The notes below the pieces were generated by a model. The model searched no databases. It was not told where the DNA came from and was given only the letters and a program-made list of their open reading frames with translations. 64,000 bases of DNA from Phyllobates terribilis (lineage: Eukaryota): contig NW_027362762.1 of the NCBI RefSeq assembly GCF_046119375.1, positions 129,704,001 to 129,768,000 of the forward strand, in the 5' to 3' direction. The position numbers were made by a program, and so were the translations under genes. Each line of letters begins with the position of its first letter. The first letter of the stretch is position 1. This document shows, one piece after another, positions 1-11,300 of this stretch.

Positions 1-1320
1 GGTCGTACTAACGCTATCAAACTCTATCACAAACAAGAACCTGGTGAAACTATAGAGTAGTACGATTTCACCAGTTTATACCCGTACGTCAATAAAACAA
101 AAGTGTACCCCATAGGACATCCTAAAATAATCTATGACCACTTTGGTTATATCAAGCAGTACTTTGGCATCGCCAAAGTGAAAGTCTACCCGCCCAGGGA
201 TTTGTTTTTCCCTGTGCTCCCTGTTGAAATGAACAAAAAATTGATCTTCCCCCTCTGTCACACATGCGCGTTGCATTCAGAAGCGGATCCCTGCGCTCAT
301 TCAGAGGAAGAGAGTGCTCTGACGGGTACGTGGTGCACGATAGAGATAGAAATGGCTTTGGAGAAGGGTTACAGACTCACACACATTTACGAGGTGTGGC
401 ATTTTGAGGAGACGATGACCGATCTATTTGCGCAGTACATCGATTTACATCTTAGACACAAACAGGAAGCCTCGGGGTATCCCTCGTGGTGCACGGACGA
501 AACCAAGAAAAAAGACTATGTAGCCGCCTATCTTGAAAAAGAAGGTATAAAGTTAGACCCCGATCATATAGAACCAAATTCAGCTAAAAGACAAATCGCC
601 AAACTATTCCTAAACTCTTTATGGGGAAAGTTTGCGCAGCGTTCTAATTTACCTACCACCAGCGTCGTGAACAACGCTGATGAACTCTTTGAGTATGCCT
701 TTCTCCCGTACTATGAGATTTCTGAGTTAAACTTTATCAGCGACGATACGGCGACTGTCAATTGGAAATACACAAAAGAACACCGCACCGTCAACAAAAA
801 CACCAACATTTTCATTGCATGCTTCACTACAGCTTATGCGCGCTTAGAATTGTACACCCTTCTAGACAAACTGCAGGAGCGCTGTCTTTACCACGACACA
901 GACTCCGTCATTTTCGTAAGTCGTGACGGCGAGTGGCAGCCTCCCTTAGGTGATTACCTGGGTGAACTCACCAGCGAAATACCCCAGGGGAGTCACATCA
1001 CAGAATTTGTATCCGCCGGTCCAAAAACTTACGGCTACAAATTAAACACGGGTGACACGATCTTGAAAGTGAAAGGTATCACGCTTAATATCGCTAACGC
1101 TGGCGTTATCAATTTCGACAGTCTAAAAGATTTAGTGTTAGCTTACATGAACTCTGCAGATCCTGGAAATGAAAAGACGATCGTTGTAGAGCAGAATGGT
1201 ATTGTGCGGATCAAAAAGTACTGGGATATTGTAACGCGACCCCTACGCAAAACTCAACGCTGCGACTATACCAAGAGGCAGTTGTTTGATGACTTTACTT
1301 CTTTACCCTACGGGTATTAA
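1..1320 (+). pseudogene. polB: Protein-primed family B DNA polymerase (pPolB), C-terminal part; in-frame TAG at 58-60
   Basis: Frame 1 reads GRTNAIKLY...IE*YDFTSLYPYV (motif A DxxSLYP), KLFLNSLWGKF (motif B), LYHDTDS (motif C), GPKTYGY, and ends LPYGY*. The ORF track start at 103 is an internal GTG after the stop. Confidence 0.93.
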
Positions 1321-1505
1321 CGATGAATTCCCTTTTCTTCAAACAACTGACATACCTTTATCTCCGCTACAGGTGCAGAATACGCTACTGACTACCGTAC
1401 CATCAAACGACCGACGCGTAGCTATAGATAGAGTCGTGAAGTCTAAAGAGAAACGTGCTCGACGAATTTACTCCGTGGCGCTACAGGTCTTAAACATACA
1501 ACATC

Positions 1506-1921
1506 ATGGATCCCCGGTTACAACACCCATTCTCATGCATTCTAGCGGGCCCCTCTAACTCAGGAAAATCCTATTTTGTCAAACAGGTTTTAGCTCACGC
1601 GACAACACATTTATCTCACAAACCCGATAATATTGTTTGGTTTTATTCTTGTTGGCAAAAAATGTACGATAAATTGAGTCATTCCTTCCCCAGTATTCGT
1701 TTTATCGAAGGTTTGCCGCAGACGTTTGTAGATGACGAACTATTCCCGCCTGACATGATCAACTTGGCGGTGGAGGACGATCTCATGGAGGCCGCTAGCT
1801 GTAATTCAGAACTGGAAAAAGCATTTACTAAATACGTTCATCATAGAAGCTTGAGCCTGTTCTATTTGGTTCAAAATGTTTTTTGTCAGGGAAAAAAGAG
1901 TAGAACCATCACCTTGAATAC
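1506..1921 (+). pseudogene. A32/FtsK-like DNA packaging ATPase, 3'-truncated
   Basis: Walker A GPSNSGKS, Walker B-like AVEDDLM, then FTKYVHHRSLSLFYLVQNVF and SRTITLN, typical of Maverick ATPases. Similarity stops abruptly at ~1921, far short of a full ATPase. Confidence 0.88.
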
Positions 1922-2109
1922 CTTTTTCCATTTCTTGATTTGTGTATACCTCTAAGTGAATCTACAATAAATGTATATTTTTTTAAACACTTTTATTACG
2001 TCATTATTATGAACACTACAGAATGCTAACCCTAGGGATCCTGGGACTGCCTTTTCTCACAAAAACATGTCTTGACATGTTTTTCTTACATACGGCGCCT
2101 ACACATTAA

Positions 2110-2425
2110 CCTACAACCTTGGGTGAAGGGCATGTGGGCGGTCATGGGGGACGTAACAGAGGCTGAACTTTAACTGCTTCCGGGGCGGGGACGGAACTGA
2201 CGTAACAGATATTGGACACACATAGGGGCGGTAAGGGTTGGCTTCCGGGGGCGGGGACGGAACTGACGTAACAGGTATTGACACACATAGGGGTGGAGAA
2301 TGGGGAGGAGAGGGGAGGGGTTTAGACCGGAAGTGGATGCAGGACAGATGCCAAAAAGGGGCGGGGCACCTGTCAAAAACCGGAAGTGGACGTGTTGACG
2401 AGAGGTGGGTGCTCTTACTACTACT
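2110..2425. repeat. Putative Maverick terminal inverted repeat (right copy) with internal ~66-bp direct repeat
   Basis: GC-rich; two copies of CTTCCGGGG(G)CGGGGACGGAACTGACGTAACAG (2177, 2242); ends in ACTACTACT. The partner TIR is not in the window, so the inner boundary is a guess. Confidence 0.7.
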
Positions 2426-5400
2426 CATATTCCTATGAGAAGTAGATGAAATATGTTCCTGGGCATGTGTATTTGTGATATTTCACCCATAATCCCCAAA
2501 CAGAACAATAGTTATACCCATATTCCTATGAGAAGTAGATGAAATATGTTTCTGGGCATTTGTATTTGTGATATTTCACCCATAATCCCCATACACAACA
2601 ATGGTTATATACTTATTCCTATGAGAAGTAGATGAAAAATGTTCCTTGGCATGTGTATTTGTGATATTTCACCCATAATCCCCATACAGAACAATGGTTA
2701 TACACATATTCCTATAAGAAGTAGATGAAATATGTTCCTGGGCATGTGTATTTGTGATATTTCACCCATAATCCCCATACAGAACAATAGTTATACTCAT
2801 ATTCCTATGAGAAGTAGATGAAATATGTTCCTTGGCATGTGTATTTGTGATATTTCACCCATAATCCCCATACAGAACAATGGTTATATACATATTCCTA
2901 TGAGAAGTAGATGAAATATGTTCCTGGGCATGTGTATTTGTGATATTTCACCCATAATCCCCATACAGAACAATAGTTATACCCATATTCCTATTGAATG
3001 TAGATGAAATATGTTCCTGGGCATGTGTATTTGTGATATTTCACTCATAATCCCCATACAGAACAATAGTTATACCCATATTCCTATGAGAAGTAGATGA
3101 AATATGTTCCTGGGCATGTGTATTTGTGATATTATACCCATAATCCCCATACAGAACAATGGTTATACCCATATTCCTATTGAATGTAGATGAAATATGT
3201 TCCTGGGCATGTGTATTTGTGATATTTCATCCATAATCCCCATACAGAACAATAGTTATACCCATATTCCTATGAGAAGTAGATGAAGTATGTTCCTGGG
3301 CATGTGTATTTGTGATATTTTACCCATAATCCCCATACAGAACAATAGTTATACCCATATTCCTATGAGAAGTAGATGAAATATGTTCCTGGGCATGTGT
3401 ATTTGTGATATTTCACCCATAATCCCCATACAGAACAATAGTTATACCCATATTCCTATGAGAAGTAGATGAAATATGTTTCTGGGCATTTGTATTTGTG
3501 ATATTTCACCCATAATCCCCAAAGAGAACAATAGTTATACCCATATTCCTATGAGAAGTAGATGAAATATGTTCCTGGGCATGTGTATTTGTGATATTTT
3601 ACCCATAATCCCCATACAGAACAATAGTTATACCCATATTCCTATGAGAAGTAGATGAAATATGTTCCTGGGCATGTGTATTTGTGATATTTCACCCATA
3701 ATCCCCATACAGAACAATAGTTATACCCATATTCCTATGAGAAGTAGATGAAATATGTTTCTGGGCATTTGTATTTGTGATATTTCACCCATAATCCCCA
3801 AAGAGAACAATAGTTATACCCATATTCCTATGAGAAGTAGATGAAATATGTTCCTTGGCATGTGTATTTGTGATATTTCACCTATAATCCCCATACAGTA
3901 CAATGGTTATATACATATTCCTATGAGAAGTAGATGAAATATGTTCCTGGGCATGTGTATTTGTGATATTTCACCCATAATCCCCATACAGAACAATAGT
4001 TATACCCATATTCCTATGAGAAGTAGATGAAATATGTTCCTGGGCATGTGTATTTGTGATATTTTACCCATAATCCCCATACAGAACAATAGTTATACCC
4101 ATATTCCTATGAGAAGTAGATGAAATATGTTCCTGGGCATGTGTATTTGTGATATTTCACCCATAATCCCCATACAGAACAATAGTTATACCCATATTCC
4201 TATGAGAAGTAGATGAAATATGTTCCTGGGCATGTGTATTTGTGATATTTCACCTAGAATCCCCATACAGTACAATAGTTATACCCATATTCCTATGAGA
4301 AGTAGATGAAGTATGTTCCTGGGCATGTGTATTTGTGATATTTTACCCATAATCCCCATACAGAACAATAGTTATACCCATATTCCTATGAGAAGTAGAT
4401 GAAATATGTTCCTGGGCATGTGTATTTGTGATATTTCACCCATAATCCCCATACAGAACAATAGTTATACCCATATTCCTATGAGAAGTAGATGAAATAT
4501 GTTTCTGGGCATTTGTATTTGTGATATTTCACCCATAATCCCCAAAGAGAACAATAGTTATACCCATATTCCTATGAGAAGTAGATGAAATATGTTCCTT
4601 GGCATGTGTATTTGTGATATTTCACCTATAATCCCCATACAGTACAATGGTTATATACATATTCCTATGAGAAGTAGATGAAATATGTTCCTGGGCATGT
4701 GTATTTGTGATATTTCACCCATAATCCCCATACAGAACAATAGTTATACCCATATTCCTATGAGAAGTAGATGAAATATGTTCCTGGGCATGTGTATTTG
4801 TGATATTACACCCATAATCCCCATACAGAAAAATGGTTATACCCATATTCCTATTGAATGTAGATGAAATATGTTCCTGGGCATGTGTATTTGTGATATT
4901 TCACCCATAATCCCCACACAGAACAATAGTTATACCCATATTCCAATGAGAAGTAGATGAAGTATGTTCCTGGGCATGTGTATTTGTGATATTTCACCCA
5001 TAATCCCCATACAGAACAATAGTTATACCCATATTCCTATGAGAAGTAGATGAAATATGTTCCTGGGCATGTGTATTTGTGATATTTCACCCATAACCCC
5101 CAACAGAACAATAGTTATACCCATATTCCTATGAGAAGAAGATGAAGTATGTTCCTGGGCATGTGTATTTGTGATATTTCACCCATAATCCCCATACAGA
5201 ACAATAGTTATACCCATATTTCTATCAGAAGAAGATGAAGTATGTTCCTTGGCATGTGTATTTGTGATTTTTCACCCATAATCCCCATACAGAACAATAG
5301 TTATACCCATATTGCTATCAGAAGTAGATGAAGTATGTTCCTGGGCATGTGTATTTGTGATATTTCACCCATAATCCCCATACAGAACAATAATTATACC

Positions 5401-5480
5401 TATATTCCTATGAGATGTTGATGAGATATATCACCAGGCGTGTGTAACCCCGATATTCTACACATAATCCCAAATAGTTA
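2426..5480. repeat. 93-bp tandem satellite, ~32 homogeneous copies plus a degenerate last unit
   Basis: Unit CATATTCCTATGAGAAGTAGATGAAATATGTTCCTGGGCATGTGTATTTGTGATATTTCACCCATAATCCCCATACAGAACAATAGTTATACC starts at 2426, 2519, 2612 and continues to ~5401. Confidence 0.97.
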
Positions 5481-5667
5481 CAATCTGTTTTCCCTGGTTC
5501 TATTATTAAACTTTAATCCAGCCGTGTGGATGTGCTGATTCATTTTAGTATTTCCATTGAATTCCCTCTGATTTCTTTCTATATTACAGGTCAAGAGTTA
5601 AAAACTGCTGCTTCTTCTAATCCAGTATCAAGGCCAGAAGTCATTTCCTGGTCTGCATTTGAAAAAT

Positions 5668-5687
5668 GTGCTGCCATCTAGTGGTCG
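5668..5687 (-). promoter_or_regulatory. CTCF-consensus motif
   Basis: GTGCTGCCATCTAGTGGTCG; the reverse complement CGACCACTAGATGGCAGCAC fits the CTCF core. Motif match only. Confidence 0.5.
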
Positions 5688-6280
5688 AGTCTAGCATTGC
5701 AGCCCATCATCCCATCATCCCAATATGCAGTTTAGTACGTCCCAACAAAAAGGGCTCATACAAGTGACAAGTCCTGCACGACAATTGTCTATAAAGGGTT
5801 AATGACAGGTAGCAGGGTAGTCCTGCAGCATATCCACAAACAGTAATGTATGGTAGAAGGGCTGGAGGGTGAGCCTGCCACAGAGCCTACTAACATAGCA
5901 CATGTACAGTGGCAAGTTAAGTTTGGGCATCCCTGGTCAAAATTACTGTTATTGTAAACAGCTAAGCAAGTTGTAGATGAAATTATTTCTAAACGGCCTA
6001 AAATTAAAGATGACACATTTCCTTTGTATTTTAGGCACAAAAAATAGTATTTTTTTTTTTCATTTTAAAAATTACAAAAAAGTAAAAAGGGCCGTTGCAA
6101 ACGTTCGGGAACCCTTCTAGGTTTGTGTGCTCAGATAACTTTGACCAAGGTTTCAGACCTTAACTAGCCTGTTAGGGTTATGTCTTGTTCACTATCATCA
6201 TTAGGAAAGGCCAGGTGATGCAAATTTCCCAGCTTTATAAATACTCAGCCTCCTCTAACCTTGTGCCAAAAACAGCAGCA

Positions 6281-6690
6281 ATGGGTTCTTCTAAGCAGCT
6301 GCCTGGCACTCTGAAAATGGTGGAGGCCCACAAAGCAGGAGAAGGCTATAAGAAGATAGCAAAGCGTTTTCGAGTTGCCCTTTCCTTAGTTGATAATGTA
6401 ATTAAGAAATGGCAGTTAACAGGAACAGTGGAGGTCAAGAAAAGGTCTGGAAGACCAGGCAAAATTTCAGTGAGAGCTGCTCGTAGGATTGCTAGAGAGG
6501 CAAATTAGAACCACCACTCGACTGCAAAAGACCTTCAGAAAGATTTAGCAGAATCTGGAGTTGTGGTACTTTGTTCTACTGTTCAGAGACACCTGCACAA
6601 ATATGACCTTCATGGAAGAGCCATCAGAAGAAAACCTCTCCTGTGTCCTCACTATAAAATTCAGCTTCAGAAGTATGCAAAAACCATCTA
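6281..6690 (+). pseudogene. Tc1 transposase N-terminal paired-like HTH fragment; DDE domain deleted
   Basis: MGSSKQL...HKAGEGYKKIAKRF...VIKKWQLTGTV...SGRP; stop at 6506-6508; similarity ends ~6690. Confidence 0.85.
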
Positions 6691-6797
6691 AACAAACTTT
6701 TGCATCGGCACATTTTTCCTGTTTGTCATTTTTAAAATGTAAAAGATGAAAATATATTTTTGTTGCCTAAAATATAAAGGAAATGTGTCATCTTTAA

Positions 6798-7158
6798 AGG
6801 GGTATTCCTATCTCCCAAGATCCTGTCCCAATATATAGTAGGTGTAATAATAATAATATTAGCAAATACCTACAATTAGAAATGTAGTATAGTATTTTTG
6901 ATTCGCTATGCCACTTACCTCATGTGCAGGCATTGCAGGACCTTAGGTATCCATGGTTACGTCCACTGATAAAGTGACAGCTAGCTGCTAGTGGTCGTAA
7001 CCGTGGATACCTAAGTTCCTGTATTGCCTGCACATGAGTTAAGTGGCATAGCGAATCAAAAATACTATACTACATTTCTAATTGTAGGTATTTGCTAATA
7101 TTATTATTATTACACCTACTACATATTGGGATAGGATCTTGGAGATGGGAATACCCCT
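6798..7158. mobile_element. T2/Kolobok-type palindromic MITE
   Basis: TTAA|AGGGGTATTCC...GGAATACCCCT|TTAA with ~165-bp near-perfect inverted arms. Confidence 0.9.
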
Positions 7159-7608
7159 TTAACTTTAGGTCTTTTAGAGATCATTTCATCTTCAACTTGT
7201 TTAACTGTTCACAATAACAGTAATTTTGACCAGGGGTGCCCAAACTTTTACAGGCAACTGTATATGGTAGAAGGGCTGGATGTTGAGCCTGACACAGAGC
7301 CCTACTGACATAGCACACGTACGAGTATTACCCTGTATACTTATTTTTTTCAGTGTACATATAGGTTTGTCTACCATCATTTTGCAAGGTGTGATACTCC
7401 TGGCTGTACAATGGCTACCAAGTCAGGAATGTATTGTGCAACTAAAATTGGATTGGGTTTGATATTCTCTGGGCCTGCTACATTTCCAATGTGGTCAGTC
7501 GCACCACGCCAGAGGGTCAGATCACACAAGAAATTATAGAAAAAAACAATCTGCTGTGATTTCATGAAAGTTGGTCACTGCAAAGAAAATCTATACATTA
7601 TACCTTAA

Positions 7609-7959
7609 AGGGGTTGTACGAACTTAGGCTACAAGTCTGCAGTCACTCTTTGTGACTGCAGACTTGTGAATTCCCACACACTGCACATATGTGACCTTAA
7701 TTATGTGATTTGCATACTTCCGGTCACAATCCGATTATGTGTGTGTTCTACATTACTCAATACACTTGCATGAAGAGAAGCCGCACGAATCTAGTTGGCT
7801 CGTGACCGCATGTAGACAATCACATACTTGTAGTCACGAGACCGCCACTCCCGATGCCGAAGGATCCTCACAGCGTGCGGTGTGCACAATGTGATAATTC
7901 ACAATTCTGCAGTCGCATAGAGTGACTGCAGGCTTGTAGCCTAAGGCCAGATAACCCCT
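7609..7959. mobile_element. T2/Kolobok-type MITE
   Basis: TTAA|AGGGGTT...AACCCCT|TTAA; inverted arms (TTAGGCTACAAGTCTGCAGTCACTC / GAGTGACTGCAGGCTTGTAGCCTAA). Confidence 0.85.
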
Positions 7960-8013
7960 TTAATAGAAAGGATAGCACAGTGCACAGCAGTTACATTCCA
8001 GGAGAGAAGTTAA

Positions 8014-8302
8014 AAGGACTCTGTCAGCACAGAATGACAGTTCAAACTAAATACAGGCGCTCGGTGCATCACGGTGCAGCCATTCATTTAACTACACCTT
8101 CCTTCCCACCTGCTCAGTTTCCATCTATCTCCACCCTTCTCTAGCTCCACGAAGCCAGAGCTGTCAATCAAAGAAGTAGGTGGGGGTGAAGATAGAGAGG
8201 AAACAGGCAAGTTGGATGGTGTATTTAAATGACTGGCCACACCATGATAAACTGAGCGGAGGGACTTGGTTTGAATGGTCATTCTGTGCTGACAAATTCC
8301 AT
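8014..8302. mobile_element. T2-type MITE (GTCAGCACAGAATGAC family), intact copy
   Basis: TTAA flanks; arms GTCAGCACAGAATGAC / GTCATTCTGTGCTGAC. Confidence 0.8.
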
Positions 8303-8332
8303 TTAATATGTACAGAATGACTGTTCGAGTAC

Positions 8333-11300
8333 TAGTGATGAGCGAGCATACACGCAAGTACTCAGTACTTGCCCGAGCATCTCAGTACTCGAGATGCTCG
8401 GAGCTCGCCAAAAACTCTGTTTTCTCCGTCACACGGATCACATATAAGTTCACTCCAAACTCAGTCATTTGTAGTGAGCGTGGAAGATACTGTCCTCCAT
8501 TTAAAATGGGCAAGGCACGTGGCAAGGGACAGGGAACTGGACGTGATGGTGATGGTGCATGCAGAGGCCAAGGACAAGGCCATGGGCAAGCTGAAATTGT
8601 CCCCAGCCGCCACTATTTCTCCCGGTGTGCCGTCCCCGCATTACACAAGCATGTGTCCCAAAACATTAGCCGTACCCTCAACAGCACAGTTACCAGGAAA
8701 GTTCACCTAACCATGGACATGTGGACAAGTGCTTGTGGGCAGGGATGGTACATCTCGCTGATGGCACACTGGGTTAACACAGTGGAAGCCGGGACCCAGT
8801 CAGACCTTGGGACGGAACACGTCCTCCCGACGCCAAGGATTGCAGGCCCTAGGTCAATCAGGGTTGCCCCCACAGTCTACAGCTCCTGCACCTCATCCTC
8901 CTCACCCTCCTCCTCCTATTCAGCCTCCATCTCCGAAATGACCACATCAGTCACAAGCTGGAAGCACTGCAGCACTGCCTCGGCCAAGCGGCAACAGGCT
9001 GTGCTGAAGCTAATATGCTTAGGTGACAAACCGCACAATGCTGAAGAGTTATGGACAGCTCTGAAAGAGCAGGCAGATCTGTGGCTCACACCGCTGAACC
9101 TACAGCCAGGCATGGTCGTGTGTGACAATGGCCGGAACCTGGTGGCGGCTCTGAGGCGAGGCAAGCTCACACACGTACCATGCCTGGCCCATGTGCTTAA
9201 CCTCGTGGTTCAGCGGTTTCTCAAATCCTACCCGGAGCTGCCGGATCTGCTTGTTAAAGTACGCCGCCTGTGTGCCCATTTTAGAAAGTCAGCTACAGCT
9301 TCCGCCACCCTTGCCGTGTTTGCAGCTTCTGGCTCACAGACTGGTGTGTGATGTCCCCACACATTGGAACTCTACACTGCAGATGTTGGGAAGGATTTGT
9401 GAGCAGAAGAGGGCAGTTGTTGAGTACCAGCATCAACAAGGCCGTCGGTATTCAATTCAGACTCCACACATAAGACCTCAGGAGTGGAAATGGATGTCAG
9501 ACATACCTGTATGTACCATCCTCCAAAACTTTGAGGACTCCACCAAGATTGTGATCGGCAATGACGCCATAATTAACGTCACCATCCCACTTCTCTGTCT
9601 TCTGAAACGCTCTCTGCTCACAATCAAAGAGGATGCATTGCAGGCGGAGCACGATGAGATGGAACAAGGAACCATACAGGGTGATTACACACAGCCCAGC
9701 CTCATCTCATCCCAACGTGGATTGGGTGACAATGAGGAAGAGGAGGAGGAGGAGGAAGGACAGGAGCTAGTTTCATGCGCTATAGACGGTACTACCTGCA
9801 CAGCTGTCATAAAGTCTGTTCAGTGTGGATAGCCAGAGGACAGAGAGGAGGAGGAGAGCATGGTCAGTCATCCTCTTAGTGAGGACACGGAAGTCTTGCC
9901 TGTTAGTAGTCTGGCACGCTTTGCTGAGTTTATGTTACGCTGCTTTTCCCATGATCCTAGCATTCTCAAAATTTTGGGTGACAGTCATTACTGGTTGCTG
10001 ACACTTCTAGACCCACGCTACAAGGAGAACTTTATATCTCTTATTCCTGAGGCGGACAGGTCTACAAAAATGGGGCTGTACCAGAAGGCCCTGGTTCCCA
10101 TCTGAAAACGCTGGCGGCAGAGGGCACACTTCGTTGGACAACCAAGGAGTACAGGCGAGAGAGACACAACTTCAATCCAGCAGAGGCAGGGGAACACTGT
10201 CAAAGTTCTGGGAGAGTTTTCTCAGCCCCTCCCATCGCACAGGCCCTGAGGCGCGGGGTACTCTCACAAGGAGTGCAAAGTTTGGGAAGATGCTGAGGGA
10301 GTACCTTGCCGACCGTACCAACGTCCTCCGTCATTCCTCTGTGCCTTATAATTATTGAGTATCCAAGCTGGATACGTGGAATGAACTGGCTCTCTATGCC
10401 TTGGAGGTCCTGGCCTGCCCTTCCGCCAGCGTTTTATCAGAGCGGGATTTTAGTGCTGCCGGTGGAATTATAACTGATAAGCGCATCTGCCTGTCAACTG
10501 AAAATGCTGACATGCTGACTCTTATAAAAATGAACAAGGGCTGGATTGGGCCAGACTTCTCAACACCACCGAATGATAGCAGCGTAACATAAACTCAAAT
10601 CCAGTGTCTTTTCTTGGGAGGTGTATTCCCATGCACCTTTTCACACCCAGACATGGGTAAACGCTTCCTGATTTTGGCTATTTGCTCTTGTCCTCCTCCT
10701 TCTCCTCATCCTCCACCACCATATCACCAGGGTGACCGTGGTCTGTGATGCAACACCAACATAATTTTTTAAAGGGTGTTTTTGACGCCCGTAAAAAAAA
10801 ATGTTTATACAGTATGTTCATATATACCCCCCAGGAGTAAATCTTTGTCAGCCCATACACTTAGTGCATGGGCATTACAAGTATAGGAAACCCGCTCCTT
10901 TCTAATAGAGACATTTTTTTATGAGGCACTCCTCCACGTCTCTTCCAAGGGCCATTGGAGTGCCTCCCAATTTTTGGCAGCGCTTGCATTCACTGCATAG
11001 GCCAACACTATGGGAGACCCACTTCCTAATAATGGGAATATTTTTTTATGAGGCCCTCTACGTCTCTTCCAAGGGGCATTAAAGTGCCTCCAAATTTTTG
11101 GCAACCCCTGCATTCACTGCATAGGCAAACACAATGGGTGACCCACTTCTTAATAATGGGAACATTGTTTTCAGGAGGTCCTCTGACCTCCACGTCTCTT
11201 CCAAGGGGCATTGGAGTGCCTCCAAATTTTTGGCAACCCTTGCATTCACTGCATAGGCAAACACAATGGGAGACCTACTTCCTAATAATGGGAATATTGT

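Larger units (their letters stand above)
1..2425 (+). mobile_element. Maverick/Polinton (adintovirus-like) element, right-hand part, internally deleted; left part lies outside the window
   Basis: pPolB and a packaging ATPase in tandem, followed by a GC-rich terminal region ending ...CTTACTACTACT at 2425 (reverse complement 5'-AGTAGTAGT, the characteristic Maverick terminus). Confidence 0.9.
5907..7260 (+). mobile_element. Tc1/mariner element, internally deleted, with nested MITE
   Basis: TA-CAGTGGCAAGTTAAGTTTGGGCATCCCTGGTCAAAATTACTGTTATTG at left matches the inverted right end ...CAATAACAGTAATTTTGACCAGGGGTGCCCAAACTTTTACAGGCAACTG-TA. Confidence 0.9.

Noticed and set aside
1323-1493. ATG right after the polB stop as a small gene (MNSLFFKQL...DEFTPWRYRS)
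   Set aside because: Four internal stops in 57 codons is inconsistent with the low decay of neighbouring polB; kept only as an alternative to the 1289 frame.
2426-5480. Regular repeat array as a possible CRISPR
   Set aside because: Units are contiguous 93-bp monomers with no unique spacers; the context is eukaryotic and there are no cas genes.
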